From contig SVFS01000002.1 in NCBI GenBank assembly GCA_015056725.1, positions 15,884 through 79,883 on the forward strand: a stretch of 64,000 nt of DNA, read 5' to 3'. Of this stretch, positions 30,521 to 40,792 are shown piece after piece (positions within the stretch are counted from its first letter, which is position 1; every line of letters begins with the position of its first letter). The notes beneath the pieces are model-generated. The model was given only the letters and a program-made list of their open reading frames with translations. It was not told the origin of the DNA and did no database searches. The stretch comes from Lachnospiraceae bacterium (GTDB lineage: Bacteria; Bacillota; Clostridia; Lachnospirales; Lachnospiraceae). Made by a program: the position numbers and the translations under genes.

Positions 30521-30938
30521 TTTTTTGTTGCGGTTGTAAGGTGATGTATCAAGAACATAACTTCTGATTTCTTATCTTCACAAAGTACACCTTATAAAAG
30601 ATACTTTCAAAAATGTGTCCATGCCAGACGTACATGGCAATGTTTCTCTTACTCTGCATGTTTCGTTTGTGTTTTCTAAGGGAACCGCTTGGCATCTTCG
30701 ATTAGCATCTCGTTGCGGTAACTCACTTCGTTCAAACACGTCCTCACGAGATGCTTGATGCCAAGCGCTGTTCCCAAAGAAAACGCAGAAACGAAAATGC
30801 AATTGAGTTGCGAGAAAATTCCATGTACGTCCGGCGGGAACATATTTGCAGAAAGTGTCTTTTAAACGGTGAACGGTGAAGCATAAAAATCAGAAGTAAT
30901 ATACTTGAGAGAAAACACTTTACAACCGCAACAAAAAA
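30521..30938 (+). repeat. 418-bp imperfect fold-back (long palindromic) element between two terminators
   Basis: Perfect 19-bp terminal IR ttttttgttgcggttgtaa/ttacaaccgcaacaaaaaa plus nested paired blocks down to a central loop. Confidence 0.9.
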
Positions 30939-30964
30939 GCAGCCGGAGCTGCTTTTAAGTACGT

Positions 30965-31783
30965 TTATAGTTTTTTCTGCATCGGGATGCGGCCGGAATA
31001 AACGGTGTAATATTTGTAGCCGCATGCTGTCAAAAGCTCAGCTGCTTTGTCGAAGCCGTATGCGATATCCGCAGGAGTATGGGCATCGGAGCCGATGGTA
31101 ACATGTTCGCCGCCAAGTTCATGGAAACGTTTTAAAACGTCAAAGCAAGGATTACATTCTTTCATACCTTTGCGGAGAGAGCCTGTATTAAGTTCCAATG
31201 CTTTTTCGCGGTCGATTAAATGCTCTAAAATTTTATCAATGATGTCTTTGTATTTTGCATATTCGTAAGTCTGGTCCATTTTTTTACAATAGCGGATAAT
31301 GTAATCCATATGACCGAGTGAATCGAAATTTCCAAAAACACGGATATTACGGTAGGTGTCTTCTAAATATTTGCGAAGAGCTTCTTCTTCGGAAATGCTT
31401 TCAAAGAAAGAAGGATAATATGGATCTTTACCGTCAATTAAATGAACGGAACCGAGAATGAAATCATATTCATGTTCTTTAATGATTTTTGCATTTTCTC
31501 TGGATAAGTGTGGCTGCATACCACATTCCAGCCCAAACAGGACTTCGATTTTGTCTGCATATTTGTTTTTGTATCCAAGCAGTTCATATAAAAAAGCATC
31601 CGGGTTAAGATTAAACGCACCGGCAGGAAAATCAGGAGTTTCCGGAAAATCCAAATCAATATGCTCTGTAAAACAGATAGTACGTAATCCTTTATTGATT
31701 GCACTTAGAATCATCTCTTCCATAGGAGCGTTTGAATCCGTAGAATAAGAAGAATGCATGTGTAAATCGGCTAAAATTGGCAT
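30965..31783 (-). CDS. PHP-family histidinol-phosphatase (HisJ/HisK-like)
   Basis: DLHMHS, FTEH, GSVH, GHMD, GSDAH. Confidence 0.88.
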   Translation of the reverse strand: MPILADLHMHSSYSTDSNAPMEEMILSAINKGLRTICFTEHIDLDFPETPDFPAGAFNLNPDAFLYELLGYKNKYADKIEVLFGLECGMQPHLSRENAKIIKEHEYDFILGSVHLIDGKDPYYPSFFESISEEEALRKYLEDTYRNIRVFGNFDSLGHMDYIIRYCKKMDQTYEYAKYKDIIDKILEHLIDREKALELNTGSLRKGMKECNPCFDVLKRFHELGGEHVTIGSDAHTPADIAYGFDKAAELLTACGYKYYTVYSGRIPMQKKL

Positions 31784-31962
31784 AGAAGTTCCTCGTTTCT
31801 TTCATATGTAATATGTAGTATTATTAAGAATATATCAGCATGAAAATGCGGATATTACTTCGTATAGTATAGCGGTTATTCACAGAAATGGCAAAATATT
31901 TTCTTCATTTATAAATCTTTTGAAGAATATTACTAAAAATAGTAAAAAATAGTATTTACATC

Positions 31963-31991
31963 TTGATTTTGAAAAGGAGTTTGGGTAAAAT
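31963..31991 (+). promoter_or_regulatory. sigmaA promoter of gap
   Basis: TTGATT-N17-TAAAAT. Confidence 0.6.
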
Positions 31992-32089
31992 ATAAATGCT
32001 GACAAAATTTTGACAATCTTGTCATGCCCATTTATAGGGGACAAGTAGTCAAAACAAAATAAATTATTTTTTTTAGGAGGAACTAAAAA

Positions 32090-33091
32090 ATGGCAGTAAA
32101 AGTAGCAATTAATGGTTTTGGCCGTATTGGTCGTCTTGCTTTCAGACAGATGTTCGGTGCTGAAGGTTATGAAGTAGTAGCAATCAACGATTTAACAAGT
32201 CCTGAAATGTTAGCTCACTTATTAAAGTATGATACAGCTCAGGGTAAATACGCTTTAGCTGATACAGTATCTTTCGGTGAAGATTCTATCACAGTTGATG
32301 GAAAAGAAATCAAAATCTACGCAAAAGCTAACGCAGCTGAACTTCCATGGGGAGAAATCGGTGTTGACGTAGTTCTTGAATGTACAGGTTTCTATACATC
32401 TAAAGAAAAAGCTTCTGCTCACATTACAGCAGGTGCTAAGAAAGTTGTTATCTCTGCTCCAGCAGGAAACGACCTTCCTACAATCGTTTACAATGTAAAC
32501 CATGAAACATTAACAAAAGAAGATACAGTTATCTCTGCAGCTTCTTGTACAACAAACTGCTTAGCTCCAATGGCTAAAGCATTAAACGACTTAGCAACAA
32601 TCAAATCCGGTATCATGACAACAGTTCATGCTTACACAGGTGACCAGATGATCCTTGACGGACCACAGAGAAAAGGCGATAAGAGAAGATCTCGTGCAGG
32701 CGCTTGCAATATCGTTCCAAACTCTACAGGTGCTGCTAAAGCTATCGGTTTAGTTATTCCAGAATTAAACGGCAAATTAATCGGTTCTGCTCAGCGTGTT
32801 CCTACACCAACAGGTTCTACAACAATCTTAGTAGCTACAGTTGAAAAATCTGTAACTAAAGATGAAATCAATGCAGCTATGAAAGCAGCAGCTACAGAAT
32901 CTTATGGCTACAACACAGATGAAATCGTATCCAGCGACGTTATCGGTATGACATACGGTTCTTTATTCGATGCTACACAGACAATGGTTGGCCCAGACAA
33001 TCTTGTACAGGTTGTTTCTTGGTATGACAACGAAAACAGCTACGTATCTCAGATGGTTCGTACAATCAAATACTTTGCTGAATTAGGCTAA
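32090..33091 (+). CDS. gap: Type I glyceraldehyde-3-phosphate dehydrogenase
   Basis: [22 protein letters not shown]; strong codon bias. Confidence 0.99.
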   Translation: MAVKVAINGFGRIGRLAFRQMFGAEGYEVVAINDLTSPEMLAHLLKYDTAQGKYALADTVSFGEDSITVDGKEIKIYAKANAAELPWGEIGVDVVLECTGFYTSKEKASAHITAGAKKVVISAPAGNDLPTIVYNVNHETLTKEDTVISAASCTTNCLAPMAKALNDLATIKSGIMTTVHAYTGDQMILDGPQRKGDKRRSRAGACNIVPNSTGAAKAIGLVIPELNGKLIGSAQRVPTPTGSTTILVATVEKSVTKDEINAAMKAAATESYGYNTDEIVSSDVIGMTYGSLFDATQTMVGPDNLVQVVSWYDNENSYVSQMVRTIKYFAELG

Positions 33092-33121
33092 TCCGTATTT
33101 GAATACAATGAAGAATCTTTG

Positions 33122-33155
33122 AAAGGTCCGGTCCATAAAGGACCGGGCCTTTTTT
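33122..33155 (+). terminator. Terminator after gap
   Basis: aaaggtccggtcc/ggaccgggccttttttt. Confidence 0.85.
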
Positions 33156-33208
33156 ATACGACAGATTCGAAGAGTCTGCCGAGAACACAATAATAGGAGG
33201 ATACAAAA

Positions 33209-34432
33209 ATGGGATTAAATAAGAAATCCGTAGATGACATTAACGTTAGTGGAAAAAGAGTCCTTGTAAGATGTGACTTTAACGTACCACTTAAAGAAGG
33301 TAAGATTACAGACGAAACTCGTATCGTTGCTGCTCTTCCTACAATCAACAAATTAATCGCAGATGGCGGTAAAGTTATCCTTTGCTCTCACCTCGGTAAA
33401 GTTAAAAACGGTCCTAACGAAGGTGAATCTTTAGCACCTGTAGCTGAAAGATTAGCAGAAAAATTAGGAAAAGAAGTAAACTTCGTATCTGATTACAACG
33501 TAACAGGCGAAGCTGCAACAAAAGCAGTAGAAGCTATGAAAGAAGGCGATGTAGTTCTTCTTCAGAATACACGTTTCCGTGGCAAAGAAGAAACAAAGAA
33601 CGGCGAAGAATTCAGCAAAGAATTAGCTGATCTTGCAGACGTATATGTATGTGACGCTTTTGGTTCTTCTCATAGAGCACATGCTTCCGTAGCAGGTGTT
33701 ACAGAATTTATCAAAGCTAAAGGTGGCGAAAATGCAGTTGGTTACTTAATGCAGAAAGAAATCGACTTCTTAGGAAATGCAGTTGAAAATCCTGTAAGAC
33801 CTTTCGTTGCTATCCTTGGTGGTGCTAAAGTTGCTGACAAATTAAACGTTATCAACAACTTAATTGAAAAATGCGATACACTCATCATTGGTGGTGGTAT
33901 GGCATACACATTCTTAAAAGCAAAAGGCTATGAAATCGGTACATCTCTCGTAGATGAAGAAAAAATTGATTACTGTAAAGAAATGATGGCAAAGGCAGAA
34001 GCAGCAGGTAAACAGTTATTATTACCTATCGATACAACAATCGCAGCAGCTTTCCCTAACCCAATCGATGCAGAAATCGATGTTGAAATCGTAGCAAGCG
34101 ATGCAATTCCAGCTGACAAGATGGGTCTTGACATCGGTACAGCAACAGCAGAATTATTTGCAAATGCAGTTAAATCTGCTAAAACAGTTGTTTGGAACGG
34201 ACCTATGGGTGTATTTGAAAACCCTGTACTTGCAAAAGGTACAATCGCTGTAGCAAAAGCATTAGCAGAAACAGATGCTACAACAATTATCGGTGGTGGA
34301 GATTCTGCAGCAGCAGTTAACCAGCTTGGTTTTGCTGACAAGATGAGCCACATCTCTACAGGTGGCGGAGCTTCTCTTGAATTCTTAGAAGGAAAAGAAC
34401 TTCCGGGCGTATACGCAGCAGATGACAAGTAA
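33209..34432 (+). CDS. pgk: Phosphoglycerate kinase
   Basis: [31 protein letters not shown]. Confidence 0.99.
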   Translation: MGLNKKSVDDINVSGKRVLVRCDFNVPLKEGKITDETRIVAALPTINKLIADGGKVILCSHLGKVKNGPNEGESLAPVAERLAEKLGKEVNFVSDYNVTGEAATKAVEAMKEGDVVLLQNTRFRGKEETKNGEEFSKELADLADVYVCDAFGSSHRAHASVAGVTEFIKAKGGENAVGYLMQKEIDFLGNAVENPVRPFVAILGGAKVADKLNVINNLIEKCDTLIIGGGMAYTFLKAKGYEIGTSLVDEEKIDYCKEMMAKAEAAGKQLLLPIDTTIAAAFPNPIDAEIDVEIVASDAIPADKMGLDIGTATAELFANAVKSAKTVVWNGPMGVFENPVLAKGTIAVAKALAETDATTIIGGGDSAAAVNQLGFADKMSHISTGGGASLEFLEGKELPGVYAADDK

Positions 34433-34435
34433 TTT

Positions 34436-34494
34436 GTCATGACTTGCGAAGCAAGTGATGACGTAGCGACATTTGTGCATCGCACAAATGTTGT
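34436..34494. repeat. Paired REP-like hairpins between pgk and tpiA
   Basis: gtcat-acttgc GAA gcaagt-atgac and gacatttgtgc ATC gcacaaatgtt; no U tract. Confidence 0.6.
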
Positions 34495-34538
34495 TCGTAA
34501 AATATTCAATAACCTAACAAATATATAGGAGAACAAAA

Positions 34539-35288
34539 ATGGCAAGAAGAAAAATCGTAGCCGGCAACTGGAAAATGAATATGACTCCAAGCCAGGCAGT
34601 AGCACTTTGTGCAGAATTAAAAGACTTAGTAAAATCTGATGATGTTGACGTAGTATACTGCGTACCAGCTATCGACATCGTTCCTGTTGTTGAAGCAGTT
34701 AAAGGTACAAACGTAGCAGTAGGTGCTGAAAATATGTACTTCGAAGAAAAAGGTGCATACACAGGCGAAATCTCTGCTGAAATGTTATTAGATGCAGGCG
34801 TTAAATATGTTATCATCGGTCACTCTGAAAGACGTGATTACTTCAAAGAAGATGACGCTTTATTAAACAAAAAAGTGAAAAAAGCTTTTGAAGCAGGTAT
34901 TACACCAATCCTTTGCTGTGGCGAATCTCTTGAACAGAGAGAAATGGGCGTTACAATGGACTGGATCAGATTCCAGATTAAATCTGACTTAGTTGGTATT
35001 ACAGCTGATCAGGTTAAATCCATGGTTATCGCTTATGAACCAATCTGGGCTATCGGTACAGGTAAAACAGCTACTTCCGAACAGGCTGAAGAAGTATGTA
35101 AAGGTATCCGTGAATGCATCGCTGAAATGTATGATGAAGCTACAGCAGAAGCAGTTCGTATCCAGTACGGCGGATCTGTTAACGCAGCAACAGCAGCAGA
35201 ATTATTCTCTATGCCAAACATCGATGGTGGCTTAGTAGGTGGTGCTGCTCTTAAAGCTGATTTTGGTAAGATCGTAAACTACAAATAG
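34539..35288 (+). CDS. tpiA: Triosephosphate isomerase
   Basis: [31 protein letters not shown]. Confidence 0.99.
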   Translation: MARRKIVAGNWKMNMTPSQAVALCAELKDLVKSDDVDVVYCVPAIDIVPVVEAVKGTNVAVGAENMYFEEKGAYTGEISAEMLLDAGVKYVIIGHSERRDYFKEDDALLNKKVKKAFEAGITPILCCGESLEQREMGVTMDWIRFQIKSDLVGITADQVKSMVIAYEPIWAIGTGKTATSEQAEEVCKGIRECIAEMYDEATAEAVRIQYGGSVNAATAAELFSMPNIDGGLVGGAALKADFGKIVNYK

Positions 35289-35343
35289 TAAATTATTTGT
35301 AATCATGAATTACAAATAGAGTCGATTTAAGAAAAAAGATTGG

Positions 35344-35378
35344 GATACTTCTGCCGAAAACGGCAGAAGTATCTTTTT
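35344..35378 (+). terminator. Terminator after tpiA
   Basis: gatacttctgccg/cggcagaagtatc followed by T tract. Confidence 0.85.
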
Positions 35379-35402
35379 CTATAAAAAATGAGGAGTTTAA
35401 AA

Positions 35403-35924
35403 ATGAGGAAAATATTAGTTGTTGTAGATATGCAAAATGATTTTGTCGACGGTGCACTTGGTACAAAAGAAGCAGAAGCAATTGTAGAGAATGTTGTTTC
35501 TAAAATCGCCGGTTTCGAAGGAGAAATTATTGCCACCTATGACACTCATCAGGAAAATTATCTTGAAACGCGAGAAGGAAAATATCTTCCGGTACGTCAT
35601 TGTATTGAAAATACAGATGGATGGAAGTTGAATGATAAAGTAGAAAAAGCTCTTTCTGAAAAGAGTGTAGTTAGAATAAAGAAACCTACATTTGGCTCAG
35701 TGGAACTTGTTGGAATGCTGAAAGATTGTGATATGGCTGATACAGAAGTGACTCTTATTGGACTTTGCACAGATATTTGTGTTGTCTCTAATGCCATGTT
35801 ATTAAAAGCATATTATCCGGAAATGAACATCTGTATCGATGCTAAATGTTGTGCGGGAGTTACGCCGGAAAGCCATGAAGCGGCATTGACTACGATGAAA
35901 ATGTGTCAGATGAATATAATTTAA
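35403..35924 (+). CDS. Isochorismatase/nicotinamidase-like cysteine hydrolase
   Basis: VVDMQNDF, DTH, HC, KPTF, GLCTDICV. Confidence 0.9.
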   Translation: MRKILVVVDMQNDFVDGALGTKEAEAIVENVVSKIAGFEGEIIATYDTHQENYLETREGKYLPVRHCIENTDGWKLNDKVEKALSEKSVVRIKKPTFGSVELVGMLKDCDMADTEVTLIGLCTDICVVSNAMLLKAYYPEMNICIDAKCCAGVTPESHEAALTTMKMCQMNII

Positions 35925-35945
35925 TATGAAGTAAAGACAGATATC

Positions 35946-36992
35946 ATGAAAAACGAAAACAGAGAAGAATTTTTACAGGGAAAATACGAATACTATAGAA
36001 CATATCATACATGGGTAGTGATTTTGTCAGCACTTGCGTCGGTTACCTTCTGGGTATCGGATTGTCAGATATTTGGAAGACTTGCATGGGAGACACTTTT
36101 GCCACGTACGTTTATCTTATTGCCGCTGGTGCTGTTCGTCCTGGCAAGCAGAAAGACAAACAATTATAAGATTATGATTCCGTTTGCATATGTAATACTG
36201 CATGGAATTATGTGGTGTACTATTTGGGCAATTGTTTATTTGCCGGATAAGCAGTATGCAAGAGAAGGCTTTATCATTATGCATCTGATGTTTTTTGCGG
36301 TTGGTTTTTGCGCTTCTTTTAAAACATCAACGTTGGCCCACTCACTTGTGATTGTGAATATTATTGTATCCAATACCTTTAATCATTATGAATCGTTTGC
36401 GCTAATGCTTTCGTTGGCAATTCCTTGTGTCATTGCAATATGCGGAGTACTTCGTGTTATGGAGCAGGTGTACATGGACTTACATAAAGCGATGAAGTCA
36501 TTAGAGACAACCGTGGTGCTTGACCCACTTACGAAGGTGTATAATCGTCATAAATTATCTGAAATGACAACAAGAGATACGGCAAATGCATATCTGGAGG
36601 ATATGTTGAATGCGGTAATGATGGTAGATGTTGATCATTTTAAAAAGGTAAACGATACATACGGACACGAAGCGGGCGATAAGGTGCTCGTATATGTAGC
36701 AAATCAAATTCGGAGTCAAATACGGGAAAATGATGCCATCATCCGTTGGGGCGGAGAAGAGTTTGTAGTAATTATGAAAAACTGTCTTCCAGGAATAGCA
36801 AAACGACGTGCAGAAAGCATTCGGATAGCGGTTGAAGAGAATAAAAATGAGGTGTGTCCTATTACGGTATCGATTGGTGTCGGAATGTTTAGCGGGACCA
36901 ATTATAAAAAAGCTATTTTGGAAGCAGATAAAGCAATGTACGATGCAAAGCAGAAAGGAAGAAATCAGGTTGTTATGTGGGAATTGCAGTAA
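35946..36992 (+). CDS. Membrane diguanylate cyclase
   Basis: About 6 TM; DPLT, DVDHFK.VND.YGH, REND I-site, GGEEF. Confidence 0.92.
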   Translation: MKNENREEFLQGKYEYYRTYHTWVVILSALASVTFWVSDCQIFGRLAWETLLPRTFILLPLVLFVLASRKTNNYKIMIPFAYVILHGIMWCTIWAIVYLPDKQYAREGFIIMHLMFFAVGFCASFKTSTLAHSLVIVNIIVSNTFNHYESFALMLSLAIPCVIAICGVLRVMEQVYMDLHKAMKSLETTVVLDPLTKVYNRHKLSEMTTRDTANAYLEDMLNAVMMVDVDHFKKVNDTYGHEAGDKVLVYVANQIRSQIRENDAIIRWGGEEFVVIMKNCLPGIAKRRAESIRIAVEENKNEVCPITVSIGVGMFSGTNYKKAILEADKAMYDAKQKGRNQVVMWELQ

Positions 36993-37109
36993 AAACTTGC
37001 ATATTTCGTTGCTGTGATTTGACTTTCTGTAGGTAAACTAGTATAATTTTAGTTTGGAAAAATGATTTGTTAAGACATTATTTTTAAATATAATTCCGGA
37101 GGGAAAACA

Positions 37110-38876
37110 ATGAGTGTAAATTTTTCAGAAGTGTATCGCCATTCTATGGCGCATATTTTAGCAAAAGCAGTTGTTGAGATGTTTGGTGCTGAAAATGTAC
37201 AGCTTGCAATTGGACCACAGATTGATGAAGGTTTTTATTATGATTTTCAGCTTCCAAGAAGCCTGAATCAGGATGACTTTAAAACCATTGAAGATAAAAT
37301 GCGTGAAATCTTAAAAAGAAGAGAAGATTTCAAATATGTTGAATTGTCCAGAGAAGAAGCATTGGAAAGATTCAAAAATCAGGAATTTAAAGTAGAACTG
37401 ATTAACGACCTTCCGGAAGGCGAAAAAATTAGTATGTATTATACAGGCGATGACTTTGTGGATTTATGTAGAGGTCCTCATGTGGATAATGCAGCAGAGC
37501 TTATGAGCTGTGCTTACAAAGTAAAATCTGTATCTTCTGCGTACTGGAGAGGCGATGAAACAAAAGCAGTTCTTCAGAGAGTTTATGTATTCTGTTTTGA
37601 AACAAAAGAAGAATTGAAAGCTCATTTACAGTTCCTTCAGGAAGCAAAAGAAAGAGATCACAAGATTTTAGGCCCACAGCTTGATTTATTCTTTATGGAT
37701 TCTACAGCTCCTGGTATGCCATATTGGTTACCAAAGGGCTGGAAATTATTTAATACAATTCTCGATTTCTGGAGAGAAGAGCATGAAAAGAGAGGCTATC
37801 AGGAAATTTCTTCTCCACTTATTAATCACAACTCTCTTTGGATTACTTCCGGACATTGGGATCACTACAGAGATGGTATGTTTACAATTCCTGTAGATGA
37901 GAATACTACTTATGGTGTAAAACCGATGAACTGTCCGAACTCCATTGTAGTATATAAGAGAAAAGTAAGAAGTTATAGAGATTTACCACTTAGATATTCT
38001 GACTGTGACGTACTTCACAGAAAAGAAAAATCAGGTGAATTAAACGGACTTCTTCGTGTACAGATGTTCCGTCAGGATGACTCACACAACTTTATTACAG
38101 AAGAACAGATTTATGATGAAGTAAATTCAATCTTAGATATTGCTGATTTATTCTATGGTATTTTCGGTTTAAAATACAGACCGGAATTGTCTACACGCCC
38201 AGAAGATTTCATGGGTGATATTGAACTTTGGAATAAAGCAGAAGCAGCACTGAAGGATATTCTTGATAAACGTTATGGCCAGGATGGATATGACATCAAC
38301 GAAGGTGACGGAGCATTCTACGGTCCTAAGATTGACATTATTATGAAGGATGCTTTGAACAGACAGTGGCAGATGGGAACAGTACAGCTTGACTTCCAGC
38401 TTCCAAGAAACTTCGATATCACATATACAGACAGTGATGGAAAAGAAAAAACACCGGTTATTATCCACCGTGTAATTTATGGTTCGTTAGAAAGATTTAT
38501 CGGTATCTTAATCGAGAACTTCAAAGGAGCATTCCCATTCTGGTTATCTCCTGTTCAGGTAGGTATTGTACCTATTAACGAAGGTCATGTAGAATATGCC
38601 AAGGAAGTGCAGGAAGCACTTTATGCAGAAAAGGTTAGATGCGAAGCAGATTTGTCTGAAAACCATATGAATAAGAAAATCAAAGGTTTCCGTAGCTACA
38701 AGACACCATACGTTGTAGTGCTTGGTGATTCTGAAGTAGAAAACAAGACAGTAGCTATTAATATCAGAGGTGGAAAACAGATTAAAAACATTCCGCTTGA
38801 TAAATTTGTAGCAGCATGTAAGAAAATGAATCTTGAAAAAACATTGGAACTTTTTGATACAGAAGATCAGATGTAA
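37110..38876 (+). CDS. thrS: Threonine-tRNA ligase (short form without TGS domain)
   Basis: HSMAH, DLCRGPH, RDH, SGHW, KPMNCP, GAFYGPK, GSLERF. Confidence 0.98.
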   Translation: MSVNFSEVYRHSMAHILAKAVVEMFGAENVQLAIGPQIDEGFYYDFQLPRSLNQDDFKTIEDKMREILKRREDFKYVELSREEALERFKNQEFKVELINDLPEGEKISMYYTGDDFVDLCRGPHVDNAAELMSCAYKVKSVSSAYWRGDETKAVLQRVYVFCFETKEELKAHLQFLQEAKERDHKILGPQLDLFFMDSTAPGMPYWLPKGWKLFNTILDFWREEHEKRGYQEISSPLINHNSLWITSGHWDHYRDGMFTIPVDENTTYGVKPMNCPNSIVVYKRKVRSYRDLPLRYSDCDVLHRKEKSGELNGLLRVQMFRQDDSHNFITEEQIYDEVNSILDIADLFYGIFGLKYRPELSTRPEDFMGDIELWNKAEAALKDILDKRYGQDGYDINEGDGAFYGPKIDIIMKDALNRQWQMGTVQLDFQLPRNFDITYTDSDGKEKTPVIIHRVIYGSLERFIGILIENFKGAFPFWLSPVQVGIVPINEGHVEYAKEVQEALYAEKVRCEADLSENHMNKKIKGFRSYKTPYVVVLGDSEVENKTVAINIRGGKQIKNIPLDKFVAACKKMNLEKTLELFDTEDQM

Positions 38877-38882
38877 TTATCG

Positions 38883-38980
38883 GATATTAGGGAGTAGTTC
38901 ACCACAACTTGTGGTTATATATCACGTCATCACGCTGAAAAAGCCGGGATATATATTGAGATAGGAACGAGACTTTTATC
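38883..38980 (+). ncRNA. yybP-ykoY manganese riboswitch
   Basis: TAGGGAGTAG ... CGTCATCACG ... GAACGAGAC consensus blocks; P1 gata/tatc; upstream of a cation antiporter. Confidence 0.85.
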
Positions 38981-39008
38981 GTACTTTGTGCGGTAGAAGT
39001 CTCTTTTT
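38969..39008 (+). terminator. Riboswitch-controlled terminator
   Basis: gagacttttatcg/cggtagaagtctc plus ttttt; 5' arm overlaps the aptamer 3' strand. Confidence 0.8.
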
Positions 39009-39046
39009 ATGAAAATGCTTTATAGGATGTCTGGAGGAAAAGGAAG

Positions 39047-39976
39047 ATGGGATTTGTGATGCAGCTTATACTATTAGTAATCGGATTTGTGATGCTTATT
39101 AAAGGTGCGGATTTGTTTGTAGAAGGTGCAGCGAGTATCGCAGAACGCTTTGGAATTCCGCAACTTGTAGTTGGTCTTACGATTGTAGCGATGGGAACGA
39201 GTGCGCCGGAAGCGGCGGTAAGTATTGCTTCTGCCTTAAAAGGAAGTGCAGATATTACAGTAGGAAACGTAGTTGGAAGTAATGTTTTAAATGTACTTGT
39301 TATATTAGGTTTGACTGCGGTAATTACAATGGTTCCGGTAGGGATTACAACGGTAAAGTATGAAATACCGTATATGATTCTCATTACGGTACTGTTTCTC
39401 GGAATGGGAATTACAGGAAATAAGATTACGTTAGTAGAAGGTGTTTTTTTGTGGATTGCCTTTATTGCCTACCTTGTGTATTTATTGTTTCAAGCAAAGA
39501 AAAATAAGGACGAGACACAGGAAGAAAATAAGAAACCAATGTGGTTACTGTTTTTGTTGACTGTAGGCGGACTTGCGCTCGTAGTATGGGGAAGTGATGT
39601 GACGGTAGATGCTGCTTCTAATATTGCAAAAGCAATGGGTATGAGTGAACGGTTTATTGGACTTACGATTGTGGCACTTGGGACTTCTTTGCCGGAATTA
39701 TGTACATCGGTATCTGCTGCAACAAAGGGAAAAGCAGATATTGCTATTGGAAATATTGTAGGAAGCAATGTTTTCAATATCTTATTTGTTGTTGGTACAA
39801 CGGCTCTTATTACTCCGGTGGCATTTGCACAAAACTTTGTGGTTGATACCACGGTGGCAATTTTGTCAGGAGTACTGTTATGGGTAGCTGTAGTCTTACA
39901 AAAAGGTCTTAAACGTATGGCAGGTGTCATTATGCTTGTAGCATATGCGGGTTATTTTGTATATCTTATTCAATAG
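39047..39976 (+). CDS. CaCA-family (YrbG-like) cation antiporter, probable Mn2+ exporter
   Basis: Two alpha repeats GTSAPE / GTSLPE and GN(V/I)VGSN. Confidence 0.92.
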   Translation: MGFVMQLILLVIGFVMLIKGADLFVEGAASIAERFGIPQLVVGLTIVAMGTSAPEAAVSIASALKGSADITVGNVVGSNVLNVLVILGLTAVITMVPVGITTVKYEIPYMILITVLFLGMGITGNKITLVEGVFLWIAFIAYLVYLLFQAKKNKDETQEENKKPMWLLFLLTVGGLALVVWGSDVTVDAASNIAKAMGMSERFIGLTIVALGTSLPELCTSVSAATKGKADIAIGNIVGSNVFNILFVVGTTALITPVAFAQNFVVDTTVAILSGVLLWVAVVLQKGLKRMAGVIMLVAYAGYFVYLIQ

Positions 39977-40027
39977 AAAAGAATCAGAATGAAAAATTCA
40001 TTCATAGAAAAAGGGAGCAAGGCTCCC

Positions 40028-40666
40028 TTATTTTATTGCTTCATAAGTTTGAGAAAGTCTGGTTCCGTTTTTTTTAAGCCATATGCGATGAATTTTATAA
40101 TCCGGCATGAGAGCTTCTACCGTTGCCCAAAAATCCTGTGAATGATTCATGTGAAGCAGATGGCAGGTTTCATGGACAACAACATAATCCAATACTTTAG
40201 GTGGTGCAAGGATGAGTTTCCAGTGGAATGAGAGTGTGCCTTTGGAAGAACAGCTTCCCCAACGGGTCTTTTGTTCGCGAATGGTAATATTTTGATAGGA
40301 TACATTAAGCAATTGGGTATAATGCTGTACGCGTTGCTCAATATAGTTTCTTGCTAATTCACGATACCGTTTCTCAAGAGAAAGCTTTTGGGTATCCGAT
40401 AGATGATAAGAAGCAGTCTCTGCAAGTTCGGATTCTCTTTTTTCTATGCGTTCCTGCATAGCATTAAGGTGAGCCAGAATCCATCTCTTTTTTAAGAAAA
40501 GGAAATGATGAACATCAGAAAGGGAGGCGTATTTGGGGGCTTTTACAGTAAGCCCTTTTTCACCGATTTCAATGGCGATGGATTGTCTGTCAGAGCGTAT
40601 AAAACGATATGGTATTTTTTTGCCGGCTAAAGTAATTACTTCTGTAGACTCCGAATATTTTCGCAT
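40028..40666 (-). CDS. YgjP/DUF45 family Zn-dependent hydrolase
   Basis: KTRWGSCS, YVVVHETCH, NHS.DFW. Confidence 0.9.
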   Translation of the reverse strand: MRKYSESTEVITLAGKKIPYRFIRSDRQSIAIEIGEKGLTVKAPKYASLSDVHHFLFLKKRWILAHLNAMQERIEKRESELAETASYHLSDTQKLSLEKRYRELARNYIEQRVQHYTQLLNVSYQNITIREQKTRWGSCSSKGTLSFHWKLILAPPKVLDYVVVHETCHLLHMNHSQDFWATVEALMPDYKIHRIWLKKNGTRLSQTYEAIK

Positions 40667-40792
40667 AATGTGTTAACTGCCTTTGCTAAAGTATCTGCTT
40701 TATTTTAGCATGCTGATGTTTACGAAGTAAATAGAATCTGCTACAATGTCAATGCGTGAAAAGCTGTATTGAGAAAAGATGAGAAATGGTAT

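Noticed and set aside
30578-31025. 74-aa and 93-aa minus-strand ORFs within the fold-back element
   Set aside because: No clear RBS or motif; the sequence is explained by base-pairing constraints.
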